Assembly: GCA_031409275.1 (NCBI GenBank)
Contig: JANNXA010000040.1
Location: forward strand, 1 to 64,000
Length of the DNA stretch: 64,000 nt
DNA from: Planctomycetota bacterium
Lineage (GTDB): Bacteria; Planctomycetota; B15-G4; SIAN01
Reading direction: 5' to 3'
Shown: piece after piece, positions 53,773-62,590 of the stretch
How positions within the stretch are numbered: position 1 is the first letter of the stretch
How the letters are laid out: each line of letters opens with the position of its first letter
Position numbers and translations under genes: made by a program
Notes under the pieces: generated by a model
Seen by the model: the letters and a program-made list of their open reading frames with translations, nothing else
What the model was told of the DNA's origin: nothing
Databases searched by the model: none

Positions 53773-56412
53773 TCAGCTCTTCGCCATCGCGGCCATGCGG
53801 CGGCGCGCCGCGGCCGGCCGGATGCTGCGACGCCACGTGTAGGTGAACAGTCCGAATGCCGCGAGCATCAGCGGCGTCGCGAACCAACCGAAGACCCATG
53901 CCATGTTCTTCGCAGCGGGCGAAGGGTCCTCGAAGCTCGGCGCCTCGAAGCGCTTGGCGCGCAGGCTCGAGAGGCTCTCCGCAGAGAGGTAGTCGATCGC
54001 GCTTTGCAGGAAGAGGTCGTTGCGCATGCGACCGCCGACGAGCCCCTCACCGACGAACTCGCTGGTCCCGATCACGACGATCTTGGCTTGCTGGGTGGTC
54101 GACTTGAGGTAGTCGACCTCTTTCTTCGGGGCGACCTCAGTCGGAGGCGCCACGGCCTGCGGGTCGGCGGGTGGAGCGACGACGGGCGCGACCGCACCTG
54201 CGTCCTGCGAAGCGTCGAAGTCGTTGACGCGCGGACCGCCGCGACCGCCCGCTCCGTCCGCGGGCGGCTCGACGGGGAGGTCGTTGCCGTCCATCAGGTC
54301 ACCGAAGGGTGAGCCCTGCGCGCCGTGGTCGTGGCCATCGTCGGCCGAATGGCCGTCGTCGGCCGGCTTGCCGTCGACGATCTCCGCCGGGAGCGGACGC
54401 GCCGTGAAGAACGACTGGAAGTCGCCTTCGAGGAGCCCCGCCAGCAGGAACTGTTCCTTGTAGGTATCGGGCGAGCTTTCCGGGTTCTTCTCGTCGAGCA
54501 GCTTCTCGAACGAGACGTCGATGAAGCCGTCGAGTTTCTTCGCGTGCAGGCTGCTCTTCACGAGCGGGAAGGCCTTCACTCCCGGCTTCGGCGTGAGCTC
54601 GATCGAAGAGGGCCACAGGAAGACGATGTCGCTGAAGCGCGCCGAAAGCGGGTGCTCCTGGTCGATCGAGTCGCCCACCACCATCGGGAAGGCGGGATAC
54701 GACACGTAGACCGGGAACGGGAAGCTCGGGTCGCGGCGCGGCAGCTGCGCGCACTGCAGGTCGACCACGACGTCCTTGTTGATCTTGAAACCGTAGTGCT
54801 GGAAGAAGTCATCAGGCGCCTTCTCCGCGGCCGAGCGCATGAACGGCGAGCCGCCGCCCCCGCCCATCCCGCCGCCGAAGCTCATCGGCTCGGAGCCCTC
54901 CGCCATCACGATCAAGCCGCCGCCGCGCATCAGGTACTGGTCGAGGTGGAACTTCTGGACGTCGCTCAAGCCCGCGCCGGAGTTGCACAGGATCAGCGCC
55001 TTCACGTCGTCCGGGACCTTCGACTTCAGGTCGACGGTCGTCGTGTCGTACTCGGTCTTGAGCGCGGCATCCATCGCGGCGAGATCGCCGCTCGGCGTGT
55101 GGCGATCCTGGCTTGGCGGCCGTTGCATCCCTGGAATCTGCATGCCGCCGAAGGGGTCATTCAGCTGCCAGGCGACTTTGCTTGGCCCCTTGCGGGTCAT
55201 CTTGGCGATGCGCCGGATGAGGTCGTACTCGAGCGTCTGCGTGTCGGGGACGAACGGCAGCTTGTCGCTGACAGTGCCGTAGTCGATGGTCATTCCGAGG
55301 TAGGCGACTTTCACCTCAAGCTTGTCGGTGTTGGCCGAGTTGATCTGCGCCGGGCGAATGCCCGCGGCCTCCGCCGCCTTCTTCAGCTCCTCGCTCTTGT
55401 CGGGGTCGATGACCTCGACCTTCAAGTGAGTCGTGTAGGACTCGAACTCGCGGATCAGGTCCTCGATGTCGCGACGCGTGTTGGTGAACTCGGTCGGCAC
55501 GTCCGAGGAGAGGTACGCCGTCAGGCGCAGGTCGTCATCGAGGCGGCTGAGGATGCGCTTGGTGTCGCTCGACAGCGAGTAGCGCGAGTTCTCGGTGAGG
55601 TCGATGCGGAAGAAGTGGCCTGCCGCGAGGAAGTTGACGAGGATCGCGATGGCGCCCGTCAGCAACACCGTGATGCCGCGCCCCTTGCGGCGACGCACGG
55701 CCCAGACGTTCGCCACCAGGAAGAAGGTGATGAACGACAAGTAGTAGAGCAGGTCGCGCGAGTCGACGACGCCGCGCGCGATCGAGTGGAAGTGCGTGCC
55801 GAGCGAGAGCTGGTAGAGGAAGGGGCCGAGCCAGGCGATCCATTTCCAGCTCGGGATGACCGCAATGACCGGGTCGAGCCCGCAGAGCAGGAAGAAGAAC
55901 GATCCGACCACTGCGATCACCAGCGAGATGATCTGGTTCTCGGTGAATGCGGAGGCGGCCACGCCGATGGCTGCGTACGCGGCGCCAAGCAGCAGCGCGC
56001 CGATGAAGCCACCGAGGATCGGGCCGGGATCAGGCGCGCCGAACCAGGCGACGACACCGGCGAGTGGCGCGAGGCACAACAACCAGACCGCCACGACGCC
56101 GACCGACGCGAGGTACTTGCCGAGGACCAGCTCCCCATCCTTGAGCGGCAGGGTCAGAAGCGTCTCGACCGTTCCTGACCGTTTCTCCTCGGCCCACAGC
56201 CGCATGGTCACGGCGGGCGCGTAGAAGAGGAAGAGCCACGGCAGGAACTCGAAGAGGCCGCGCATCGACGCCTGCTTCTGCACGAAGAAGCTGCCGACGG
56301 CGAAGAAGAACCAGCCACCCAGCATGGTGAAGACGAACAGGATCACCCAGCCGATGGGCGTCTGGAAGTAGGTCCGGAATTCCTTCCAGGCGACGACGAG
56401 CGCGTTGCGCAT
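53773..56412 (-). CDS. Fused GldF-like ABC permease and GldG-like auxiliary domain
   Basis: KEFRTYF, TMRLWAEEKRSGTVETLLTLP, RGVVDSRD, then IDLTENSRYSLS, EYDL, LDQYLMRGG, C-terminal TM. Confidence 0.88.
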   Translation of the reverse strand: MRNALVVAWKEFRTYFQTPIGWVILFVFTMLGGWFFFAVGSFFVQKQASMRGLFEFLPWLFLFYAPAVTMRLWAEEKRSGTVETLLTLPLKDGELVLGKYLASVGVVAVWLLCLAPLAGVVAWFGAPDPGPILGGFIGALLLGAAYAAIGVAASAFTENQIISLVIAVVGSFFFLLCGLDPVIAVIPSWKWIAWLGPFLYQLSLGTHFHSIARGVVDSRDLLYYLSFITFFLVANVWAVRRRKGRGITVLLTGAIAILVNFLAAGHFFRIDLTENSRYSLSSDTKRILSRLDDDLRLTAYLSSDVPTEFTNTRRDIEDLIREFESYTTHLKVEVIDPDKSEELKKAAEAAGIRPAQINSANTDKLEVKVAYLGMTIDYGTVSDKLPFVPDTQTLEYDLIRRIAKMTRKGPSKVAWQLNDPFGGMQIPGMQRPPSQDRHTPSGDLAAMDAALKTEYDTTTVDLKSKVPDDVKALILCNSGAGLSDVQKFHLDQYLMRGGGLIVMAEGSEPMSFGGGMGGGGGSPFMRSAAEKAPDDFFQHYGFKINKDVVVDLQCAQLPRRDPSFPFPVYVSYPAFPMVVGDSIDQEHPLSARFSDIVFLWPSSIELTPKPGVKAFPLVKSSLHAKKLDGFIDVSFEKLLDEKNPESSPDTYKEQFLLAGLLEGDFQSFFTARPLPAEIVDGKPADDGHSADDGHDHGAQGSPFGDLMDGNDLPVEPPADGAGGRGGPRVNDFDASQDAGAVAPVVAPPADPQAVAPPTEVAPKKEVDYLKSTTQQAKIVVIGTSEFVGEGLVGGRMRNDLFLQSAIDYLSAESLSSLRAKRFEAPSFEDPSPAAKNMAWVFGWFATPLMLAAFGLFTYTWRRSIRPAAARRRMAAMAKS

Positions 56413-56428
56413 GAGTCGGGTTGCTCCT

Positions 56429-57379
56429 TCAGCTCGCCGCGTCGACGCTGCGCGTCAACTGGGCGAAGACGTCCTCGAGCGACTCGCGGCGCGCGAGCAA
56501 CTCGGTGAGGACGAGGCCGTTCTTCACGGCGAATTCGAAGACCTGGTCGCCGCCGACCTGCCCCTGGTCGCTGCGGGTCGCGAGCGTGAGTCGCGCCCCG
56601 CCCGATTCCGATCCGAGCCGTTCGACCGACGTGACGAACGGCGCGCGCCGGAAGGCGGCCGCCGCGGCGTCGGCCGCGCCCCGCACGCCGACGGTGAAGA
56701 TCGTGCCGCCCTGCTTCAGCGCGGTGAGCCCCTGCGCCGTGTCGTTCGCCACCACGCGACCGAAGGCGATGATGATCACTCGATCGCACGTCGCCTCGAC
56801 CTCGGGCAGGATGTGCGTCGAGAGCAGGATCGTCTTCTTCTCGGCGATGCGCTTGATGAGGTTCCGGATCTCGACGATCTGGTTGGGGTCGAGGCCCGAA
56901 GTCGGCTCGTCGAGGACGAGGAAGTCCGGATCGTGGAGCAGCGTCGCCGCGAGTCCGACGCGCTGGCGGTACCCCTTCGAGAGCTGGCCGACCTCGCGGT
57001 CGAGCACTTCGGCGAGGCCACAGTCGTCGATCATCTGCGCGATGCGAGCGCGACGCGTGGACCGCTCGACGCCGCGGATCTGGCCGATGTAGTCGAGGTA
57101 CGGCTCGATCGTCATCTCGGGATAGAGCGGCGCGGACTCGGGCAGGTAGCCGAGCTTGCGCCTGACCTCGATCGGGCTCGAGAGGACGCTGTCACCGTCG
57201 ATCACCGCGTCGCCCGAGTCGGGCGCGAGGTAGGTGGTGAGCATGCGCATGGTCGTGGTCTTCCCGGCGCCGTTGGGGCCGAGGAAGCCGACGATCTCGC
57301 CGCGCTCGATGTCGAACGACACGTCGTCGACGGCGCGCCGCTCTCCGAATGTCTTGACGAGACCCTTCACCTGGATCAA
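56429..57379 (-). CDS. ABC transporter ATP-binding protein (GldA-like)
   Basis: GPNGAGKTT, LSKGYRQRVG, LDEPTSGLDPNQ, STHILPEV. TTG start inferred. Confidence 0.93.
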   Translation of the reverse strand: MIQVKGLVKTFGERRAVDDVSFDIERGEIVGFLGPNGAGKTTTMRMLTTYLAPDSGDAVIDGDSVLSSPIEVRRKLGYLPESAPLYPEMTIEPYLDYIGQIRGVERSTRRARIAQMIDDCGLAEVLDREVGQLSKGYRQRVGLAATLLHDPDFLVLDEPTSGLDPNQIVEIRNLIKRIAEKKTILLSTHILPEVEATCDRVIIIAFGRVVANDTAQGLTALKQGGTIFTVGVRGAADAAAAAFRRAPFVTSVERLGSESGGARLTLATRSDQGQVGGDQVFEFAVKNGLVLTELLARRESLEDVFAQLTRSVDAAS

Positions 57380-57632
57380 AGGCCGATCTCCCGCGGGATG
57401 CTGCCGCCCGCTCGTTCCACGTCGAATTCGACGCAGCCGGGGACGGCGGCCCCTGGCGACGCACGACACGCCAAGGTGCTGCCCTGCGCCGCCCAGAGCC
57501 CCGGCGCGCGAAGGGAGGGCGCTCGAACGAGAGCCATCCCGAACTGACGCGCTCTACGGACCGGGCGACGAAGAGTTGGGGGATCCTAGCGGCTCCCGCG
57601 CCCCGGCTCGACTGTCGGCTGAGCGGAGCGCG

Positions 57633-58145
57633 TCAGTTCTTGGGGCGATTCGCGGACGCGCGAACCACGCGTCCACCGCCGGCGAGCGCCGCCTGGACCG
57701 CGGCGGCCTCGGCCGCCTTGGCAAGCGAGTCGAAGAAGATCGTCGCCCGTGCGTCGAGCGTGGCGATGCCGATCGACGCGGTCAGTTGCATCGACTCGCC
57801 CCCCAACGAGAACGGCTGCTTGGCGACCGCGGCGAGGATCCGATCGGCAACCGCTCCGGCGCCTTCCATGGTCGCGTGCGGGAGGAGCAGTGCCAGGCGA
57901 TCGTGATAGTGGCCGATCGCGTCGCTCGCGCGCAGTTGCGCCTGGATCAACGGCACGAGCGCTGAGAACGCCTCGTCGCGGACGCTGCCGCCGAACTTCT
58001 CGCGCAGCGGGTCGATCCCATCGAGACCGACCGCGATGCAGCTGAGGGGGAAGGCGTAGCGGCGCGCGCGGCCGAACTCGATGCGGAGCGCGTTCTGGAA
58101 CTGTGCGTAGGCGAGGAGAGGAGTACCGGTGCTGAAGGGGTCCAT
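57633..58145 (-). CDS. Stand-alone degenerate GGDEF-domain protein
   Basis: EFGRARRY..PLS, LRASD, LLLP, LTASIGIA, KAA. The GG(D/E)EF site reads HYHDRL. GAGG RBS. Confidence 0.82.
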   Translation of the reverse strand: MDPFSTGTPLLAYAQFQNALRIEFGRARRYAFPLSCIAVGLDGIDPLREKFGGSVRDEAFSALVPLIQAQLRASDAIGHYHDRLALLLPHATMEGAGAVADRILAAVAKQPFSLGGESMQLTASIGIATLDARATIFFDSLAKAAEAAAVQAALAGGGRVVRASANRPKN

Positions 58146-58196
58146 ACCGTCCTCTTCGTGAGTCGGGGCTGAGGTCGCCATCGGCTCGGTACGAAC

Positions 58197-58233
58197 AAAA
58201 AAAAGAGTTTCCCCCGCGGACGGGGGAAACTCT
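58197..58233 (-). terminator. Strong intrinsic terminator-like hairpin
   Basis: Perfect 13-bp stem AGAGTTTCCCCCG/CGGGGGAAACTCT with a 4-nt loop. The 8-A run is a U-tract on the minus strand. Confidence 0.75.
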
Positions 58234-58249
58234 CTTGCACCTCGACTTC

Positions 58250-58600
58250 CGTTGATCAGAGATGGCGGTTGGGGAGGGGAAAGACTCCGACCACCGGAAG
58301 GATGCGAGGCGCAATCAGTCTTTGGTTGGTTGGTTCCGCAGTTCCATGGTCACTTGAGGCGTGAAGGTCAGATACCCCGAGTCGTGGTCGTTGCCAGTGA
58401 AGCTGCTGAACTTTCGTTCTTGCGCTCTCGATCCTTCAGCCCGACCACAAGAGGCGGAACGCGTTTCCGTACAAGCTGTGGTCATCTCGTCGAGGAGTCG
58501 AGGAGCGCGAACGCGGATGGGCAAGGTAGCCTCGATCGACGCTTGATTGAAGGGCTCGCTTTTCTTTCGATCTGAAACAGATCTAAGGAGAACCACTTAG
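58250..58600. ncRNA. Candidate structured non-coding RNA, family not recognised
   Basis: AT-richer than its surroundings, no convincing ORF, many nested complementary segments (see findings). Confidence 0.45.
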
Positions 58601-59554
58601 TTGTTCGGATTCCAATCCGCCCGCGAGGATCGCCGACGCGCGGCGCGATTCCGAACCCTCGCGACGCTCCTCGACGGAGGCGTCTCGCTGCTCACGGCGC
58701 TGCCCCGGGTGGGCATCGCGCCACCCGCGACGACGACGCCGCCTCACGCCTTCCCCATCGGGCAGCTGCTCGCCCCGGGGGACGGGCGTCCGGAACTCGC
58801 CGCCGAACGGGCCGCGATCGATGCCGCCTCCCGAGCCGGCGAACTGCCTGCCACGCTGATCACGCTCGCGGATGACCTCGAGATCCTCCTCGCCGCTCGT
58901 CGGACGTTCCTCGCGCGGCTCGCCTATCCCCTCCTCGTGCTGCACCTCACGCCAGTCGCCGCCACGACGGCCGACCTGCTGACCCGACCCGGCCGCTTCT
59001 TCGGCAACGTGGCGCTCGCCTACCTGCTGCTGTGGTCGATTCTGGCGGCGATCGCGGCCGCGCTCGCGCACCTCCAGCGCAGCGCCGCGGGGATGGCTCG
59101 ATTGGCCCGGCTGCCGCTGCTCGGTCCGCCGATCGTCCTCTTGGCGCGCGCCCGCTACTTCCGCCTGCTCGCCGTCCTGGAGGGCTCCGGCGTGCTGCGT
59201 CACGAAGCGCTGACGACCGCGACGGCGGCACTCGGCACGGCGATCGAAACGGATGGCTACGCCGAGTTCGCGCTGCGCATGCGACGGGGAGACCCGCCCG
59301 AGCAGGCGCTCGCGGCGTTGCACCGGCTGCCGATGGAAGAGCAAGGCGAACTCGCGGCCGCGCTCACCGTCGGCAGGTTCGAGGCGGCGGCGCGTCGCTG
59401 CGCCGACCGTGCCACCGAAGTGTGGCAGCGCGCGACGTCGCGCCTCGCCAAGGCGGCCGGAGCGTGTGCCTACGCGACCGCAGTCGTCCTGGTCGCCGTG
59501 AGCGTGCTGCGCTTCTACACGGCCTATCTCGCGGGCTTCAAACCGCCGCGCTAG
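58601..59554 (+). CDS. Type II secretion system F / PilC-like inner-membrane protein
   Basis: TAAGGAG RBS; FRTLATLLDGGVSLLTAL, AGELP, LAYP, LPLLGP, LLAVLEGSGV. Confidence 0.75.
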   Translation: MFGFQSAREDRRRAARFRTLATLLDGGVSLLTALPRVGIAPPATTTPPHAFPIGQLLAPGDGRPELAAERAAIDAASRAGELPATLITLADDLEILLAARRTFLARLAYPLLVLHLTPVAATTADLLTRPGRFFGNVALAYLLLWSILAAIAAALAHLQRSAAGMARLARLPLLGPPIVLLARARYFRLLAVLEGSGVLRHEALTTATAALGTAIETDGYAEFALRMRRGDPPEQALAALHRLPMEEQGELAAALTVGRFEAAARRCADRATEVWQRATSRLAKAAGACAYATAVVLVAVSVLRFYTAYLAGFKPPR

Positions 59555-59714
59555 CAGCCCGTTGGAGAACTCCCCGTGTCGCCTGGCGGCGTCTTTCAAG
59601 CCGGTACTTCGTCGGAGTCTCTCGACAACTCACAGGGGAGTTGGCTTCGAACCTCCTCCTCGTCCCGACTCGAAATTCGCTCGGCAGACTCGCGGTGACC
59701 TCTCCAACTGGCCG
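59555..59714. repeat. 160-bp palindromic MITE-like element, copy 2, flanked by CTAG on both sides
   Basis: About 9 substitutions relative to copy 1 by manual alignment. CTAG at 59551-59554 and 59715-59718. Confidence 0.9.
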
Positions 59715-59832
59715 CTAGGGTCGTGATCCCGAAGTTCGCGTCACCGATTCGGGGCGCCCGTCGCGCGCGGCTGCGGCGAGCCCGGCACGAAGCGCACCTC
59801 CGACTTCACGCGCAAGCTTCGGGAAGCGGACC

Positions 59833-61440
59833 CTAGCCGCCGTCCCCCGCTTCGGTCTTGCCGTCGCCGCCGACCCCATCATCGCGCGACTCGACCAGTC
59901 TCCGCAGCCGCGCGCGTTGATCGACCGGCGCATCCTCGACGAGGCGCTGTCGCTGCGCGACCGAGAGCTCGGAGCGCGCCAGCCTGAAGACCGCCGCCTG
60001 CCGCTCGGCGGGGAGATCGAAGAAGCTGTCGCACCCAGCCGGCAGGAAGCGGCGCATCTTGCGCGTCCAGTCGCGACCGGCGTCGTCGACGATTCCAAGC
60101 GCCGCTTGCTGCACGAGCGCCTGGAACTCCGGGTCCTCGCGCAGGATGGCAAGGTCGCCATCCTCGAGCAGCCAGCGATGGTCGCTGAACCCTCCGCGAA
60201 TCGCCTCGCGCAGGTGATCCAACGCCTCCTCGCGCCGCCCCTGGATCGCGCAGATGCAAGCGAGGTTGTAATGCGCGTTCTCGCAGGCGCGCGACTCGGG
60301 GAAGCGGGCCAGCAGCTTCCGGTAACAGCGCTCCGCGGCCGCATAGTCGTCGAACTGCTGGTAGTAGTAACCGGTCTCGAAGAGCAGCCCGCGCAGGAAC
60401 TCGGCGCGCCAGTAGTAGAAGCCGCTGTCGCGGTCGCCACCGAAGTCGATGTCGCGCTGCTGGCTGGGATCGGCGAGGTACGCCTCCATGCAGCGGATCA
60501 TGCGCAGGATCGGCGCGGTGCGCCCGGCCTTCGCCAGCGCGAAACGGACGTAGCGCGACAACTCGAACGCGCGGTGCTCGTAGATCTCGCGCAGTCCCGG
60601 ACCACGCTCCAAGAACTCGCGTCCCATCTCGGCGAGCTCGAGCGGTTCGGGACGGATCAGCCCGGAGAGTTCCGACTCGAGCGTCGGCCGGCGCGTCTCG
60701 TGCAGCGCCATGACCGCGATCTCGCGCAGCACGATGTGGTAGCCGTCGTCGTACGCGATGGCGCGCAGCTCGTCGGGAAGGCGCGGGTGCAGCGGCCAGA
60801 GACCGGCGAATTGCCCATCGTAGAAACCGGGCACGCGCCCCGCCCGCATCCGCTCCGCCAGGGCGTCGCAGGCGACCGAACGCAGCAGCCGATCGAAACG
60901 GGCGCGCAAGCGCGGGTCGTTCTTGCGATCGACCGCCTCCGACAGCGGCGCAAGTTCCGCCGGCATTCGCGCGAGCGCTGCGCCGAGCGATTCAGCAACC
61001 CCCGGATCGGACTCGCGCAGGTACGCCTCGCTCAGCGCCGCAGCGAACGCAGCCTGCGGCTGGCGCGCGAGCAGCTGCGCTGCGGCCCGCCGCACGACGG
61101 GCTCCGGGTCGGCGAGCCAGGCGGCGAGCGTCGCCGATTCGCCGGCCACGGCTTCGCCGAGCGCCGCGAGGGCTGCGACGCGCACGGGCTGATAGGGACT
61201 CGTCAGCTCCGGCAGATGTCGCTGCAGCGCGGCGTCGGACTCGACGAGGCGGACGCGGGGCGCGGCGGGAACTCGCGCGCTGGCGATCGACGGCACGAGG
61301 ATCGCCCATGCAGCGAAGAAGGGCCGCGCGCTGCGCTCAGCCAGCGACCACCACCCGCGCGAAGCGGCGCTTGCCCGCCTGGACGAGCACCTCGCGCCGG
61401 AGGTCGACCTCGAGCTTGTCGTCCGCCACCACCGCACCAT
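59833..61440 (-). CDS. HEAT-repeat and TPR protein
   Basis: VRVAALAALG, DPEPVVRRAAA; YNLACICA..G...AL..L..AI.GGF...EDGDL. True start is probably near 61340. Confidence 0.75.
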   Translation of the reverse strand: MVRWWRTTSSRSTSGARCSSRRASAASRGWWSLAERSARPFFAAWAILVPSIASARVPAAPRVRLVESDAALQRHLPELTSPYQPVRVAALAALGEAVAGESATLAAWLADPEPVVRRAAAQLLARQPQAAFAAALSEAYLRESDPGVAESLGAALARMPAELAPLSEAVDRKNDPRLRARFDRLLRSVACDALAERMRAGRVPGFYDGQFAGLWPLHPRLPDELRAIAYDDGYHIVLREIAVMALHETRRPTLESELSGLIRPEPLELAEMGREFLERGPGLREIYEHRAFELSRYVRFALAKAGRTAPILRMIRCMEAYLADPSQQRDIDFGGDRDSGFYYWRAEFLRGLLFETGYYYQQFDDYAAAERCYRKLLARFPESRACENAHYNLACICAIQGRREEALDHLREAIRGGFSDHRWLLEDGDLAILREDPEFQALVQQAALGIVDDAGRDWTRKMRRFLPAGCDSFFDLPAERQAAVFRLARSELSVAQRQRLVEDAPVDQRARLRRLVESRDDGVGGDGKTEAGDGG

Positions 61441-62590
61441 CGAGCTTCACTCCGCGCCCCTCGAGCAGTCGCCGCGCCTCGCCGTTCGAAGCTGCGAAGC
61501 CGATCCGCACCAGGAGCTTCACCACCCAGAGCCTACCGTCGACGAGTTCGGCTGCTGGCAGCGCGACCGTCGGCACATCGTCCGGGACCTGCTTGTCACG
61601 AAACAGGCGATCGAAGCGCGCACGTGCCTCGCTGCCGGCGGCCGCTCCGTGGAGCCAGTCCGTCAGCCGCGCCGCCAGCGCCGCCTTCGCCTCGCGCGGA
61701 TCGCTCGCCGCGAGCGCCCTCCACTCCTCCTCGGCCAGATCGGTGAGCAGGGTGTACCACGTCCCCATCAGCGCGTCGGGGACCGACATCACCTTGCCGA
61801 ACACCTCGTCCGCGGAGAACGCGAGGCCGACGTAGTTGCCGAGGCTCTTGCTCATCTTGTGGACGCCGTCGAGTCCCGGCAACACGTGGGTGGTCATGCA
61901 GATCTGCGAAGCCTGGCCGGCGTCCGACTGGAGGTCGCGCCCGACCAGCAGGTTGAAGAGCTGATCGGTGCCTCCGAGTTCGACGTCGGCGCGCACCTCG
62001 ACCGAGTCCTGCCCCTGCAGCAGCGGGTAGATGAACTCGTGGATGCCGATCGGCAAGCCCTCCTTCATCCGCTTGGTGAAGTTGTCGCGCTCGACCATGC
62101 GCGCGACGGTCATCTTCGAGCACAAACGGATGAAGTCGGCGAACCCCTGGGCGAGGAACCAGTCCGCGTTGTTGCGCACTTCGATCTCGCCGCGGACCTC
62201 TTCGCGGCGAACGACCTTGAAAGCCTGCGCGAGGTAGGTCTTCGCATTCTCCTCGACCTGCTCGCGCGTCAGGGTCGGGCGCGTCTTGTCCTTGCCTGAC
62301 GGGTCGCCGAGCATCGCCGTCGCGCCGCCGACGATGAAGACCGCGTGATGGCCAAGGTCCTGGAACTGGCGCAGCTTGCGCAGCACGACCGCATGGCCGA
62401 GATGGAGGTCGGACGAGGTCGGGTCGAAGCCGAGCTTCACCCGCAGCGGCCGCTGTGCCGCGATCGACGCCCGCAGGCGCTTGCGCAAGTCCTCGGCCTG
62501 CACGCAATCGACGACGCCGCGCAGGAGCAGGGCCGATTGCCTCTCCACTTCGCGCGCGAGCGCTGGATCCACTGCCGTCGGTTCGCTCAT
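61337..62590 (-). CDS. tyrS: Tyrosine--tRNA ligase
   Basis: GFDPTSSDLHLGH, YPLLQGQDS, GGTDQLFN, KMSKS, C-terminal S4 domain. Confidence 0.97.
   Translation of the reverse strand: MSEPTAVDPALAREVERQSALLLRGVVDCVQAEDLRKRLRASIAAQRPLRVKLGFDPTSSDLHLGHAVVLRKLRQFQDLGHHAVFIVGGATAMLGDPSGKDKTRPTLTREQVEENAKTYLAQAFKVVRREEVRGEIEVRNNADWFLAQGFADFIRLCSKMTVARMVERDNFTKRMKEGLPIGIHEFIYPLLQGQDSVEVRADVELGGTDQLFNLLVGRDLQSDAGQASQICMTTHVLPGLDGVHKMSKSLGNYVGLAFSADEVFGKVMSVPDALMGTWYTLLTDLAEEEWRALAASDPREAKAALAARLTDWLHGAAAGSEARARFDRLFRDKQVPDDVPTVALPAAELVDGRLWVVKLLVRIGFAASNGEARRLLEGRGVKLDGAVVADDKLEVDLRREVLVQAGKRRFARVVVAG

Noticed and set aside
58290..58310. CCGGAAGGA resembling SRP RNA helix 8, and GGGGAAAG resembling RNase P
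   Set aside because: The flanking conserved motifs (CAGG/AGCAG for SRP; GAGGAAAGUCC and the 3' ACAGAA...GGCUUA for RNase P) are missing.
58315..58596. 93-aa minus-strand ORF, including a tmRNA-tag-like GNDHD stretch
   Set aside because: No RBS, atypical codons, no ALAA-stop ending and no tRNA-like ends. Not excluded, but unsupported.
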